Positions 1 through 10,459 are shown, counted from the stretch's first letter. The stretch is 64,000 nucleotides of DNA from Oxalobacteraceae bacterium UBA6018 (GCA_002428015.1 DIZW01000042.1:222-64221); one strand, 5' to 3'. Notes: generated by a model not told the origin, from the sequence alone. Numbers and translations: made by a program.

Positions 1-87
1 CGCAGGGCTGCGCAAGGATTTAAGCCTGGCCTAGCGTGTTATCCAGGTCTCTCGCCCCTTTTCGCAATTCACCAGGGAACACAAACA

Positions 88-1117
88 ATGAAAGCACTAG
101 TCCTGAAACGCTACGGCGGCGCAAAGAATGTCGAGTTCGCGGACCTGCCTCGGCCCACCGTCAAGCCGGATGAGATCCTGGTCCAGGTTCCACGCAGCAG
201 GTCTCAATCCCATCGATAACATGATTCCAACGGGGAGCTTCAAACCCATTATCAAACTCCAACTGCCGGCCACCATGGGCAGTGACCTTGCTGGCGTCGT
301 GGTCGACATTGGGAGCCGGGTGACCCGCTTTAAGGTCGGCGACGCCGTATTTGCCAGCACTTTTGACCTGGGCGTCGGCGCGCTTGCCGAGTACGCGGCT
401 GTACCTGAGCGCGTAGCAGCGCTTAAGCCGGACAAGCTGGACTTTGTTCAGGCCGCATCGATACCGATGGTGGGACTCACTTCCTGGCAAGCCTTGGTCG
501 AACGTGCCCAGCTGCAGCCTGGCCAGAAGGTATTTGTTCCTGCAGGTGCCGGCGGGATTGGCAGCTTTGCCATCCAGTTGGCGAAACTGTTTGGTGCCAA
601 GGTGGCGACGACGACCAGCACCGCCAACGTGGAATTTGTGCGTCAGCTTGGTGCTGACGAAGTGATCGATTATAAAAAACAGGAATTTGAAGCGCTGCTG
701 CGCGATTACGACGTGGTTCTTGCAACATTGCGCGGCGGCGAGCTGGAGAAATCCCTGCAGGTTGTTGGGCGAGGCAGCAAGATCGTATCGTTGATTGGCC
801 CGCCGGATGCGGCATTCGCGCGCAACCGCGGGATGAATTTTCTGATGACGTTCGTATTCGGCCTGCTGAGCGGCAAGATCATTCGCCTCGCGAAACGGCG
901 AAAGGCCAGCTACTCCTTCCTGTTCGTGCGTCCGGATGGCCAGCAATTGAGCAAGATCGGCGATCATCTTGCAGCGTCGCGGCTGCATCCTGTAGTCGAT
1001 AAAATATTTCCGTTCACTCAGGCCAAAGAGGGGCTGGCTTACCTCGAGCAAGGCAGGGCGAGAGGCAAGGTGGTTGTGCAGCTCGTGAATTCCGCCGGGG
1101 AAAGGGTGGCCCTGTGA
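88..1117 (+). pseudogene. NADP-dependent oxidoreductase (zinc-type ADH / quinone oxidoreductase family), interrupted by a +1 frameshift near 190
   Basis: ATG at 88 reads MKALVLKRYGG...DEILVQV and stops at 217-219. The 128..1117 frame resumes at 191 with HAAGLNPID, AGAGGIG and GRARGKVV. One extra C in gttccac explains the shift; it could be a sequencing error. Confidence 0.8.
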
Positions 1118-1294
1118 AGCGTCCGTATCGTCTCGCCTGACATGCAACAATCTCAATGTGGCATTTTTTTATGGGATTAAGCGATTCGTCAGTTACCGCG
1201 CCTTGTTTTTTTTAAGTGATTTCTTCCTTCGTTGGCAATCGAATGAGCGTGGCCGGGATTGGGCAAGTGATTGAATTTGAAGGTGTGACTTAAG

Positions 1295-1332
1295 GCCATC
1301 GATGATTAGAACGAATCATCGATGGCTTTTTT
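1295..1332 (+). terminator. Rho-independent terminator
   Basis: 13-bp perfect stem GCCATCGATGATT (1295-1307) / AATCATCGATGGC (1314-1326) followed by TTTTTT. Confidence 0.75.
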
Positions 1333-1511
1333 GTTTTTGGTACTGTATTTGACATGGATATCTCTTTCGGTATCGAATTCGCCAAATAAGTTATTGGCTA
1401 TCTGCTAAGTAAACCTTTACATTTTCCATTGGTCTTGATCGTGCCGGGCACGAGCATATGCAGCTGCGCACCTCATGAAAACGATCATTGCTGCTGAAAG
1501 GAATCGCCTCG

Positions 1512-2909
1512 ATGAAAAGACGTTGGAAGTTGGTCCCGCTGATCGTATTAATGCTTATATCCGGGTCGGACTGGGCGGCCAATCCTATCATCCAGACCAA
1601 CTTCACTGCCGACCCGGCGCCGCTGGTGCACGATGGGGTGGTGTACCTGTATGCCAGTCACGATGAGGACGATGCCGACGGCTTCAAGATGCTGAACTGG
1701 ATGTTGTACTCGTCCACCGACATGGTGAACTGGACCGATCATGGTACGGTCGCCTCACTGGCCACCTTTCCCTGGGCGGTGCAGAGCAACGACGCCTGGG
1801 CGCCGCAAGTCGTCGCGCGCAATGGCAAGTTTTATCTGTATGCGCCGGTCAGTGTCGCGGGCTGGCCCAAGAATGTTATCGGCGTGGCGGTGGCGGACAA
1901 TCCGGCCGGCCCTTTCAAGGATGCGCTTGGCAAGCCGCTGATTGACAAGGGCGAGGGCTTTTTCGATCCTACGGTCGCCATCGACGACGATGGCCAAGCT
2001 TATCTGTATTGGGGCAACCCTGATCTCTGGTACGTCAAGCTGAACAAGGACATGATCTCCTATGCCGGCACCATCATGAAAAGCAGCAGTAAGCCCGCCA
2101 AGTATCAGGAAGGGCCGTGGTTCTACAAGCGCAACGAGCACTATTATCTGGCCTACGCGTCGACCTGCTGTCCAGAGGGGATCGGATACGCCATGAGTAC
2201 CTCGCCGGTCGGCCCTTGGCAAGACAAGGGCGCCCTCATGGCGCCGAATGCCGCGTCGAGCGGCAACCATCCCGGCATCATCGATTACAAGGGACGCTCC
2301 TATGTGTTCGGCTTTAACTACCAACTCAACTTTGCACAGACGCCGCTGCATCGCGAGCGCCGTTCGATCAATGTGGCCAGCTTCAGCTACAACGCCGACG
2401 GCAGCATTCCCGAACTGCCATGGTGGGACCCGCGTGGGGTAGAGCAGGTCGGGCGTCTCGATCCGTATCGCAGGGTGGAGGCGGAAACCATCGCTTGGAC
2501 TTCGCGCATCAAGCGCGACTGGGATCACCCGTTCGACTGGGCGCCAGGCGTGCGCACGGCCAGCGGCCCGGATAAGGGCATGCATGTGGCCGATATCGTC
2601 GATCGCACGTATATCAAGGTCGCCGGGGTCGATTTCGGTGCACAGGGCGCCTCGCGATTTGCCGCGCGCGTGGCCAGCGGCAATAAGAATGGCGGCCAGA
2701 TAGAGATGCGGCTGGGCAGCGTGGAAGGAAAGCTGATCGGAACCCTGTTGGTGCCCGACACGGGGGGCTGGCAGCGCTGGCGAACCGTCGACACCCCGGT
2801 GCATGGCGCCACCGGCGTCGAGGATCTGTTTTTCGTCTTCAAAGGTAAGTGGCGCGATCCGCTGTTTAATTTTGACTACTGGCAGTTCTTTGCAACGCCA
2901 GGACAATAA
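1512..2909 (+). CDS. Secreted GH43 glycoside hydrolase (arabinofuranosidase/xylosidase type) with C-terminal CBM6
   Basis: Signal peptide MKRRWKLVPLIVLMLISG; ANPII..FTADPAP, DAWAPQV, FFDPTV, YQEGPW, NHPGI motifs; C-terminal VEAET...GVDFG...FNFDYWQF CBM6-like module. Start trimmed from 1488 to ATG 1512. Confidence 0.9.
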   Translation: MKRRWKLVPLIVLMLISGSDWAANPIIQTNFTADPAPLVHDGVVYLYASHDEDDADGFKMLNWMLYSSTDMVNWTDHGTVASLATFPWAVQSNDAWAPQVVARNGKFYLYAPVSVAGWPKNVIGVAVADNPAGPFKDALGKPLIDKGEGFFDPTVAIDDDGQAYLYWGNPDLWYVKLNKDMISYAGTIMKSSSKPAKYQEGPWFYKRNEHYYLAYASTCCPEGIGYAMSTSPVGPWQDKGALMAPNAASSGNHPGIIDYKGRSYVFGFNYQLNFAQTPLHRERRSINVASFSYNADGSIPELPWWDPRGVEQVGRLDPYRRVEAETIAWTSRIKRDWDHPFDWAPGVRTASGPDKGMHVADIVDRTYIKVAGVDFGAQGASRFAARVASGNKNGGQIEMRLGSVEGKLIGTLLVPDTGGWQRWRTVDTPVHGATGVEDLFFVFKGKWRDPLFNFDYWQFFATPGQ

Positions 2910-3227
2910 GACACCATGCATGAGCCAATATCGTGGAGGACTGGCAATGCTGGGAATGGGACAGGGACAGCAGTTGGCGCGTCATGAGCTGGGATCCGGT
3001 GGGCTATCCCGACCAGCGGAAATGGCCATGGCGATACACCAGTTGAACATGAAATTGATGGTTCCCATCTGACCCTCGATCGGCAACGACACGGCACTGG
3101 CCCATGAACCGGACCATCGTGTCCAGGGGAGTGCATCGAGTACTACCAGAGCATCGGAAATCGTTCTCTGCCAGAAGCGCGACTTGGGACGCAACTGATG
3201 AAAGTAGCGCTCAAAGCAATGAGCATG

Positions 3228-6200
3228 TCAGTACGCCGCCGCGTCTTCCCAGGCGGGCGCGCCGCCGATCGAGGTTTTCATGATGACCTTGCCCGCGGCT
3301 AGCGCGCGCTGCGGATGGCCGGCCAGCTCATCAAAACCGAGCTCGCTTCCTGGCGCAAAATACAGCCCCATCCAGCCATTGCGCTGCAGCCGCTTTACCT
3401 GGTACAGGCAACGGTCCGCAATGTCGATCACCTGCTCGACGCTGAACTGTTCCGGCGCGTCCAGATTGAACGGGAAGCAGGCAAATCCGATCGAACAGGT
3501 CTTGTGCACGGTGCGGCCCTGGCCCAGCACGAAGGCGTGGCTTTGTACCGCGGCCCGGAAGCGCTCTGCGATCTCGGGCGCCTGCGCGCGGTCGATGAAG
3601 CGGCTCACCACCAGGAACTCTTCGCCGCCCCAGCGCAATACCATGTCGCCCTCGCGGCAAGCATGGCGCAGCAGCGCGGCCATCTGGACCAGTACCGCGT
3701 CGCCGCTGGCGTGGCCATAGCTGTCGTTGACCGCCTTGAAGTGGTCGACATCCATGATGAAGAACAGCAGGTTCTGTTCGCTCGCTCCGAGCGCCGCCTC
3801 GTCACCTGGGCGGCGCTGAAAGGCGCGCACCGCCATCGCGCTGTCGGCCCCGATGCACTTGGACAGATAGCGGCGGTTGTTCAGGCCGGTGAGCGGATCG
3901 CACAGGCTGATGTCTTCCAGCTTGCGATTGCTGCTTTCGAGCTCCACATTCTTGACCGCCAGCTCTTGCGTGCGCTCCTGGACCTTCTGTTCGAGCATGC
4001 GGTTGATCTCGATCTGGCGCAGGACCTTGCGGCGCTGCGAACGCACGAACGCTGCGATGGCGCCGGCCAGCAGCAAGCCATACAGCGTCCAGGCCCACCA
4101 GCTCGCCCACGGCGGCGGCAGTACATGGATGCGCAGCGCGGTCGGGCGGTCGTTCCACAAGCCCTCGTCATTGCTGGCCTTGACCATGAAGGTGTAGTCG
4201 CCCGGGTCCAGATTGGTGTAGGTGGCCGAGCGCCGGGTGCCGACCTCGTTCCAGTCGCGGTCGAAGCCGGCCAGGCGATAGGCATAGCGGTTCTTGTCGG
4301 CGTTGCGATAGCCGAGCGCGGCGTACTCGATCGTAAAGACCGACTGCCGGTAGTTAAGCGTGATCTCGCGCGTCTGTTCGATTACCTGCCGCAGCGGCGA
4401 ACCGGCGATGCCGACGGCGACCGGCTTGTTGAAGATCTGGAAGTCCCGCAACACCACCGGCGGGCGCTGGCCGTTGCTGGTCACGTCGGCGGGGAAGAAG
4501 TGGGTGTAGCCCTGGGTACCGCCGAACACCAGTTCGCCCGAGCGTAGCCGCAGCGCCGCGCCGATGTTGAACTGGTTGCCCTGCACCCCGTCGTTGCGGG
4601 TGAAGGTACGCATCCGCGCGCTGGCCGGATCGAACACGGTCAAGCCGTTGAGCGTGCCGAGCCACAGCCGGCCCTTGGCGTCGCTCACGATCGACACCAC
4701 CGCGTCGCTCGGCAGGCCGTCCCGGTGGCCGTAGCGCCGGACTTGGCCGGTGGCCGGGTCGAAATGGTCTAGCCCGCCGCCACGGGTGCCGAGCCAGAAC
4801 ATGCCGTCGTCCGCCCGGTACACGGCCAGCACGTTGTCGGCCGACACGCTGTGCGGGTCGCCGGGGCGGTGCCGGTAGTGGGTGAACTTGCCGCTGGACC
4901 GATCGAGACTGTCCAGCCCGTTGCCGGTGCCCAGCCACAGCCGGCCGGCGCGGTCCTCGTCGATCGCCCAGACCAAGGGCGAGCCGATGCTGGCGCCATC
5001 GCCCGGCCGCGGCAGGAAGCGCGTGAAGCTGTTCTGGTCGCGATCATACCGGTTCAGGCCGCCGCCGACGGTGCCGATCCACAGCGTGCCGGTGCGGTCG
5101 TTGAACACGCGCCAGGTATCGTTGTTGCTGATGGTGGTGGGGAGATTGTAGTCGACGAAATAGGCACCGGCCTTGCCGCTGCGCGGGTCAAACCGTCCCA
5201 GGCCGCCTTCCCAGGTGCCGAGCCACAGCGTGCCCTCGCGATCTTCGGCGATCGACAGGATCACGTTGGCGCTCAGGCTGCCGGGCTGGTCCGGTGCATG
5301 TTGGTAGACCGTCATGCGGCCGCTGTGCGGGTCGAGCTTGTCGAGTCCGCCGCCATCGGTGCCGAACCACAGGGCGCCGCCGGCATCCTCGTGCAGCGAT
5401 AGCACCGAGCGATGGCTCAGGCCGCCCTCGCGCTTGCCGTAGGAATGGAAGGCGAGCGTTCCGGTGTTCAGGAAGCTGATCCCGTTCGGAAAGGTACCGA
5501 CCCACATGTCGCCATTGTTGTCCTGGAAGATGCTGCGCACGTTGCCGCTCGGTAGAGCGTTCCGGACTTTCTCGTCGGCGCGCAGGTGCACGAAGCTGGT
5601 GGCGCCCGGCTGCAGCACGTCGATCCCCGCCGGCGTGGCGACCCAGGTCGCGCCATCGCGGTCCTGCACGACGGTGGCAATGTTGTTGTCGGTGAGGCTG
5701 CCGGGCTGTTGCGCTTCGTGCACGTAGCGCGCGAACTTGCCGCTGCGCGGATCGAACATGTCCACACCGCCGCCGCCGGTGCCCAGCCACAGGTGGTGGG
5801 CACTGTCGGCGGCCAGACTGGTGACGACGTTGTGGCTCAGACTATCCGGGGCGGCACCGGCCCTGTAGTTGGTAAAGGCGCCGCTGGCAGGGTCAAAGCG
5901 CAGCAGGCCGGCGCCGTCGGTCCCGATCCAGACCACACCCTGCTGGTCCACCAGCAGGGCCTTGATCTGATCCGCGTTCGGTGCGCCGTTGCGGTATGTC
6001 GTGAAACTGTTCCGGTCCCGATTTAAGCGCGCCAGCCCGCCGTAGGTGCCGACCCACAGCGTGCCGGCGCCGTCGCGCCCGAGGCTGCGCACGGTATTGT
6101 TGACCAGGCTGCCGCGCTGGCCGTCGGCATGCTGGAAGCGGGCAAAGCGCTTGGTCGCCCGGTCGAACCGATTCAGGCCGCCATCGGTGGCGGCCCACAG

Positions 6201-6500
6201 ATCGCCGGCGCCGTCTTCGGCGATCGCCCACACGGCATTGTTGCTGATGCTCGTGGCATCGGCCGGCAGGTTGTGGAACACCTCGAACGCGTAGCCGTCG
6301 TAGCGGGCCAGCCCGTCGGTGCCACCGAGCCAGATGTAGCCTTCGTGGTCCTGGTAAATGGCATTGACGGCGCCCACGGTCGCGCCATCTTCGGTCAGCT
6401 TGGCCAAGAACTGGCTGTCGGGCGACGGAACCACCGCAAGGCAAGGCGCGCAGGCGCAAAGCAGTGTGATCGCCCGGATGAAGCGATGGAACAGCGGCAT
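3228..6500 (-). CDS. Membrane-anchored diguanylate cyclase with periplasmic two-component-regulator beta-propeller repeats and Y_Y_Y domain
   Basis: Signal peptide from ATG 6500; many LWVGTxGGL repeats; YRLAGFDRDW..ATYTNLDPGDYTFMVKA (Y_Y_Y); TM helix PWWASWWAW; coiled coil; DPLTGLNNRR, DVDHFKAVNDSYGHASGD, RWGGEEF. Confidence 0.92.
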   Translation of the reverse strand: MPLFHRFIRAITLLCACAPCLAVVPSPDSQFLAKLTEDGATVGAVNAIYQDHEGYIWLGGTDGLARYDGYAFEVFHNLPADATSISNNAVWAIAEDGAGDLWAATDGGLNRFDRATKRFARFQHADGQRGSLVNNTVRSLGRDGAGTLWVGTYGGLARLNRDRNSFTTYRNGAPNADQIKALLVDQQGVVWIGTDGAGLLRFDPASGAFTNYRAGAAPDSLSHNVVTSLAADSAHHLWLGTGGGGVDMFDPRSGKFARYVHEAQQPGSLTDNNIATVVQDRDGATWVATPAGIDVLQPGATSFVHLRADEKVRNALPSGNVRSIFQDNNGDMWVGTFPNGISFLNTGTLAFHSYGKREGGLSHRSVLSLHEDAGGALWFGTDGGGLDKLDPHSGRMTVYQHAPDQPGSLSANVILSIAEDREGTLWLGTWEGGLGRFDPRSGKAGAYFVDYNLPTTISNNDTWRVFNDRTGTLWIGTVGGGLNRYDRDQNSFTRFLPRPGDGASIGSPLVWAIDEDRAGRLWLGTGNGLDSLDRSSGKFTHYRHRPGDPHSVSADNVLAVYRADDGMFWLGTRGGGLDHFDPATGQVRRYGHRDGLPSDAVVSIVSDAKGRLWLGTLNGLTVFDPASARMRTFTRNDGVQGNQFNIGAALRLRSGELVFGGTQGYTHFFPADVTSNGQRPPVVLRDFQIFNKPVAVGIAGSPLRQVIEQTREITLNYRQSVFTIEYAALGYRNADKNRYAYRLAGFDRDWNEVGTRRSATYTNLDPGDYTFMVKASNDEGLWNDRPTALRIHVLPPPWASWWAWTLYGLLLAGAIAAFVRSQRRKVLRQIEINRMLEQKVQERTQELAVKNVELESSNRKLEDISLCDPLTGLNNRRYLSKCIGADSAMAVRAFQRRPGDEAALGASEQNLLFFIMDVDHFKAVNDSYGHASGDAVLVQMAALLRHACREGDMVLRWGGEEFLVVSRFIDRAQAPEIAERFRAAVQSHAFVLGQGRTVHKTCSIGFACFPFNLDAPEQFSVEQVIDIADRCLYQVKRLQRNGWMGLYFAPGSELGFDELAGHPQRALAAGKVIMKTSIGGAPAWEDAAAY

Positions 6501-6718
6501 CGTGATTACCTGGCAAGTGTGGAATATCTGGCAGCACGTATGTATGCCCCATGTGCCGATGCTATCCCAGAGTGGAAGCGAGGGCAAATAGTTATTTTCC
6601 TAAGGGAAACACTATCCGGGGCGGTCAGGGCTTGAGAGCGTATGACCCGGTGAGCCGGCGAACTGCGTGATGCCTTTCCGGCCGGGACCGCCGCTGACAC
6701 CAAATTCGAAGTTGGAAT

Positions 6719-7927
6719 CTATTGCCGGGTGTCCTTGAAGGAGCGCCAGAGAGCCAGGTCGTAGGCGATTTTCAGCGCGCCGCACATTACCAGCGGGGCG
6801 GCGAGAAATCCGGCCGCGAAGAGGCTGGCGCCGATGACGGGGCCGGCGGCGGAAGCCAGGCTTCGAGGAACTGCGGTGAAGCTCGCCGCGGCGGCGCGCT
6901 CGGCCGGTGTCACGACAGACATGACGAAGGCGCTGCGTGCGGGAACGTCCATCGACGATAGGAGAGAGCGGACAATGAGCAGTCCCAGGGCGGGCCAGAT
7001 CGATGGCGCCAAGGCGGCGCCAATGAGGCATAGGCTTGCGGGTATGTGGGTGAACACCATCGTGTTCACCAGGCCGATCCTGCGCGCAAGCGGCGGGGCC
7101 GCAAGTTGCGACGCGGCGGCGCACAGCCCCGACCAGAAGAAGAACTGGCCGGCCGACGCCACGGACATGTCGAACCGCTTGAACAGCCAGAGCGCCAGCA
7201 GGGCGTTGACGACGAGCCCTCCGGCAAACGAGTCGACGGAGAACAGCGCCGCCAGGCGGACGACCATGGGGCGCGACCGCCCGAGGGGAGTCCTTGGCTT
7301 CGGCGCCGCTTCGTGTGGAGCTGGAATTGATCGGTAAAGCATCCACACCGCGCAGCCGATCAGGCCGTACAGCCCGAACATGCAGCGCAGGCCATCGACA
7401 GTCGAGATCCCGGCCGTTGCCGAGATATACACTGGCAGCGCCGCCGCTAAGGCGCCCAGGGCAGCCGACAGCGAGCCAAGCAGGCTGTAGCGGGCGAACA
7501 GTGCGATGCGGGCATCGCCGTCGGCGGACTCGGCCAGGCGCGCGTGCTCGAGCGGGAGGAACACGCTCACGTCTCCTGTGCTGGGGTTGAGGGTTCCGAC
7601 GAAGGCGACCAGGAGCATCGGCCAGAACGTCGACGTGATACCGAAGGCGAAGCCGGTGGCCGCCATCAGCGCTGCGGCGCCGCAGATGAGGCGGTGGTGG
7701 TGGATGCGGTAGCCCCATGCGCCGACGGCCAAGGTCGCGCAGGCCGACCCGAGCAAGGTGGCCGTCGCCAGCACGCCAACCTCCCATGCGCCGAACCCCA
7801 ACGCGATCAGATACGCCGGCAGCAGGACAGCGACGTAGCCGTCGGCGAACGCCCTCAGCGCCCGCGCCAGGAGCAGCGGTAGCGCAGACGCATGGGCACC
7901 TTCTGGAAGCAGCAAGCGGCCGATCAT
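6719..7927 (-). CDS. MFS transporter
   Basis: 402 aa with about 12 hydrophobic segments; LLARALRAFADG N-terminal pattern of an MFS subfamily. Confidence 0.85.
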   Translation of the reverse strand: MIGRLLLPEGAHASALPLLLARALRAFADGYVAVLLPAYLIALGFGAWEVGVLATATLLGSACATLAVGAWGYRIHHHRLICGAAALMAATGFAFGITSTFWPMLLVAFVGTLNPSTGDVSVFLPLEHARLAESADGDARIALFARYSLLGSLSAALGALAAALPVYISATAGISTVDGLRCMFGLYGLIGCAVWMLYRSIPAPHEAAPKPRTPLGRSRPMVVRLAALFSVDSFAGGLVVNALLALWLFKRFDMSVASAGQFFFWSGLCAAASQLAAPPLARRIGLVNTMVFTHIPASLCLIGAALAPSIWPALGLLIVRSLLSSMDVPARSAFVMSVVTPAERAAAASFTAVPRSLASAAGPVIGASLFAAGFLAAPLVMCGALKIAYDLALWRSFKDTRQ

Positions 7928-8435
7928 CGGCCGGCGGCACTGGCAAAAGGCCGATGGGACGCGGTATTTCGACAGGAACGGGTGGGCGGATTTTGTTGAA
8001 TTGGCATACGCGCTAATTTACGGGCTTGCCGAAGGAGTGACAAGCGAAACCGTCCCCGAAGGTGAGGGCAAAAAAGCCGGCCGAACCGATGCCGACGGCC
8101 AGCCTGAACCATCTGGCCAACGGGGAGGGCGCTGGCAGCCATCGCAACGGCAGCAGCCGGAAGACTGTGCTCACGCCTGGCGCCGAGATGCGGCTCACTA
8201 TTCCACGCGACGGCCTGGGCAGCTTCGAGCTCAAGCTGGTGGCGAACCATCAACGGCGGATGGCTGGATTTTACGGCCACGCATTCGGAATGGGCGCGCG
8301 CGGCATGAATCGCCTTCCGATAGCGTGCCAGGAATTAACTCATGTTGGCATTAAGATCACTCAGCCCCTGTTTTATGTAGTGAAATTACGGAGTTCTCCA
8401 CATGAAAAAAGATTTTTGCCGTAAGATTCGGTCTT

Positions 8436-8449
8436 TGTAATCGATAACA
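8436..8449. promoter_or_regulatory. LacI-type operator (TGTAATCGATAACA) upstream of the lacI-family gene
   Basis: One mismatch to the palindrome TGTTATCGATAACA, 37 bp before ATG 8486; the motif recurs at five other intergenic sites. Confidence 0.7.
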
Positions 8450-8485
8450 TCGCTGGCGCCAAGACAGCGAAAAAGGGATCTGACG

Positions 8486-9535
8486 ATGCGTAGCGAATCT
8501 AAGCAAAACGAGCGCGGGGCGGGAGGTGCAACCGTATGGGACGTGGCGAGCAAGGCCGGGGTTTCCGCGATGACGGTGTCGCGGGTAATCAATGGCAACG
8601 CCAGTGTCAGCGAAAAAACCCGTGAAAAGGTCAACCGCGCGATCGCCGAGTTAAATTATCAAGTCAACGTGGCTGCACGCGCGGCGCGCATCGGAACCCT
8701 GCGCGTGGGCCTGCTGTACAGTAACCCGAGCGCCGCCTACCTTAGCGCATTCCTGGTCGGTGCGTTGGGTGAATGCGGGAAGACTGGCGCTCACCTTATT
8801 CTCGAAAACTGCGACAACATCCGCAGCCAGCGCAAGGCCATTGAGCGCCTGGTCGCCGACGGCGCCGACGGTATCCTGGTGCCGCCGCCGCTATGTGATT
8901 CCAAGAGCGCGATCAAGCAGTTGTCCGAGCTGGGAATTCCCACGCTCGCGGTCGCGACGGCGCGCCCATCGCCCCAGATGTCGGCGGTGCGCATCGACGA
9001 TTATGAGGGCGCAATGACGATGACCAATTATTTGTTGTCGCTCGGGCACACGGATATCGGATTCATCAAGGGAGACCCCGAGCACACGCCCGCCCAGTTG
9101 CGCTATCAGGCTTTTATTGACGGCATGCGTCAGGCTGGGCATAACGTTCCAGCCGAGCGCGTCGCACAGGGCATGTTCACCTACCGATCAGGCCTGACGG
9201 CGGCGCGGGAGCTGCTGTCGCGCCCGAATCGTCCAACCGCGATCTTTGCCAGTAACGATGATATGGCGGCCGCTGTGGTGGCGGTCGCCCATGGCATGCA
9301 TTTGCACGTGCCGGACGACGTCGCGGTCTGTGGATTTGATGACACCCCTGTCGCCACGACGGTCTGGCCCGAACTGACCACCATTCATCAGCCGATCACT
9401 GAAATGGCGCGCAGTGCGGTAGCCCAACTGATCGAGCATATTCGCGCACGCCGTTCGGGACAGTCATATATGCCCCAGCATCGGTTGATGCCGTACACGC
9501 TCGTGGTGCGCGAGTCGACCACCGGGCAAGAGTGA
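8486..9535 (+). CDS. LacI-family transcriptional regulator
   Basis: ATVWDVASKAGVSAMTVSRVIN HTH, hinge YQVNVAARA, sugar-binding domain with PTAIFASNDDMA and VAVCGFDD. Confidence 0.95.
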   Translation: MRSESKQNERGAGGATVWDVASKAGVSAMTVSRVINGNASVSEKTREKVNRAIAELNYQVNVAARAARIGTLRVGLLYSNPSAAYLSAFLVGALGECGKTGAHLILENCDNIRSQRKAIERLVADGADGILVPPPLCDSKSAIKQLSELGIPTLAVATARPSPQMSAVRIDDYEGAMTMTNYLLSLGHTDIGFIKGDPEHTPAQLRYQAFIDGMRQAGHNVPAERVAQGMFTYRSGLTAARELLSRPNRPTAIFASNDDMAAAVVAVAHGMHLHVPDDVAVCGFDDTPVATTVWPELTTIHQPITEMARSAVAQLIEHIRARRSGQSYMPQHRLMPYTLVVRESTTGQE

Positions 9536-9558
9536 GGGGCGCTGCGCCACCGTCGCGC

Positions 9559-10374
9559 TTATACCGGGAGTATGCCCTGTAGCGACGAAATGCGCTCCGG
9601 GGACGACCAGGTGCCGATCACGCGAGCGCTGGTGTCAAACTCCAGAAGTTGCTGCCCTTTGTGGCCATTGTCGGCCCCGTGTCCCTGCCAGTTCGCGACC
9701 AACAGGTGGCCGTTTGCCAGGTGCTGGAAGGTCGCGTAGAAAAACGGTGCTACGCGCGCTGACACCTGGGCCGCGGCGCCGAAGCGCCGCAGGACGTTCC
9801 CAGCCCGGTCGAACAAGACCAGGAAGGCGCCGTAACCTGCCGAAACGAGTGTCGTGCCGTCCTGGAGCCGTTCCGCCTTCCATGCGTGTTCTAGGCCGTC
9901 GACGGCGAATCGGCGAATGGCTGTCAACTCTGGCGTCGTTTCGAGGATATGGTCGTTGGTGCACAATAGGTAGCTGCCATCGGGCGTGACGCGCATGAGG
10001 CGGACGTAGTCGCCGTCACGTCGTGCCACGCCCGAAAGGCGCGCGGCGGCGTCCAAAGTCAGCACGTTGACGCCTCCCGACCCATCAAGGTTGAAGCCGG
10101 TTACCAGCGTGCTGCCATCCGCGCGGCGGTGGGCCGATGTGACTTCGGTCCAGCGGTCGCACATTGCCAGCACGCGACCCGTTTCAATCTCCAGCTCGAA
10201 GAAGCCGCGATCAAAACCGACCAGCACGCGGTGGCGGTCCAGGCGCTGCAGATCCCGGGCCAGGGGATAGTCGGACAAGTCCAGCGTCCAATGAAAAGTA
10301 TTGGTGCTCGTGTCGATCAAGGACATCTGTTGACGTCCCTCGTCGATGCCTAAAAAACGGCAAGAAATATTCAT
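9559..10374 (-). CDS. Hypothetical cytoplasmic beta-propeller-like protein
   Basis: 271 aa with repeated short beta-strand units (HAWKAERLQDGTTLVS, FQHLANGHLLVANWQGHG, QLLEFD); no signal peptide. Confidence 0.7.
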   Translation of the reverse strand: MNISCRFLGIDEGRQQMSLIDTSTNTFHWTLDLSDYPLARDLQRLDRHRVLVGFDRGFFELEIETGRVLAMCDRWTEVTSAHRRADGSTLVTGFNLDGSGGVNVLTLDAAARLSGVARRDGDYVRLMRVTPDGSYLLCTNDHILETTPELTAIRRFAVDGLEHAWKAERLQDGTTLVSAGYGAFLVLFDRAGNVLRRFGAAAQVSARVAPFFYATFQHLANGHLLVANWQGHGADNGHKGQQLLEFDTSARVIGTWSSPERISSLQGILPV

Positions 10375-10459
10375 GATTTTTATGAAGGAATGTTGGCATG
10401 GGCTAGCCGGGCACCTCGCGCCGGCAACTTATCCGAATGCTAGCACGTTTTGTGCGGCA

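Noticed and set aside
212-220. ATCGATAAC half-operator
   Set aside because: Lies inside coding sequence (IDN codons) and has only one arm.
2910-3227. Short ORFs between GH43-CBM6 and the GGDEF gene as a possible transposase remnant
   Set aside because: No recognisable transposase motif or terminal inverted repeats.
7924-8424. Overlapping 70-120 aa ORFs upstream of the MFS gene; TGCCA...TGGCA inverted repeat near 8326-8350
   Set aside because: No family motifs; sigma54 spacing does not fit; single occurrence.
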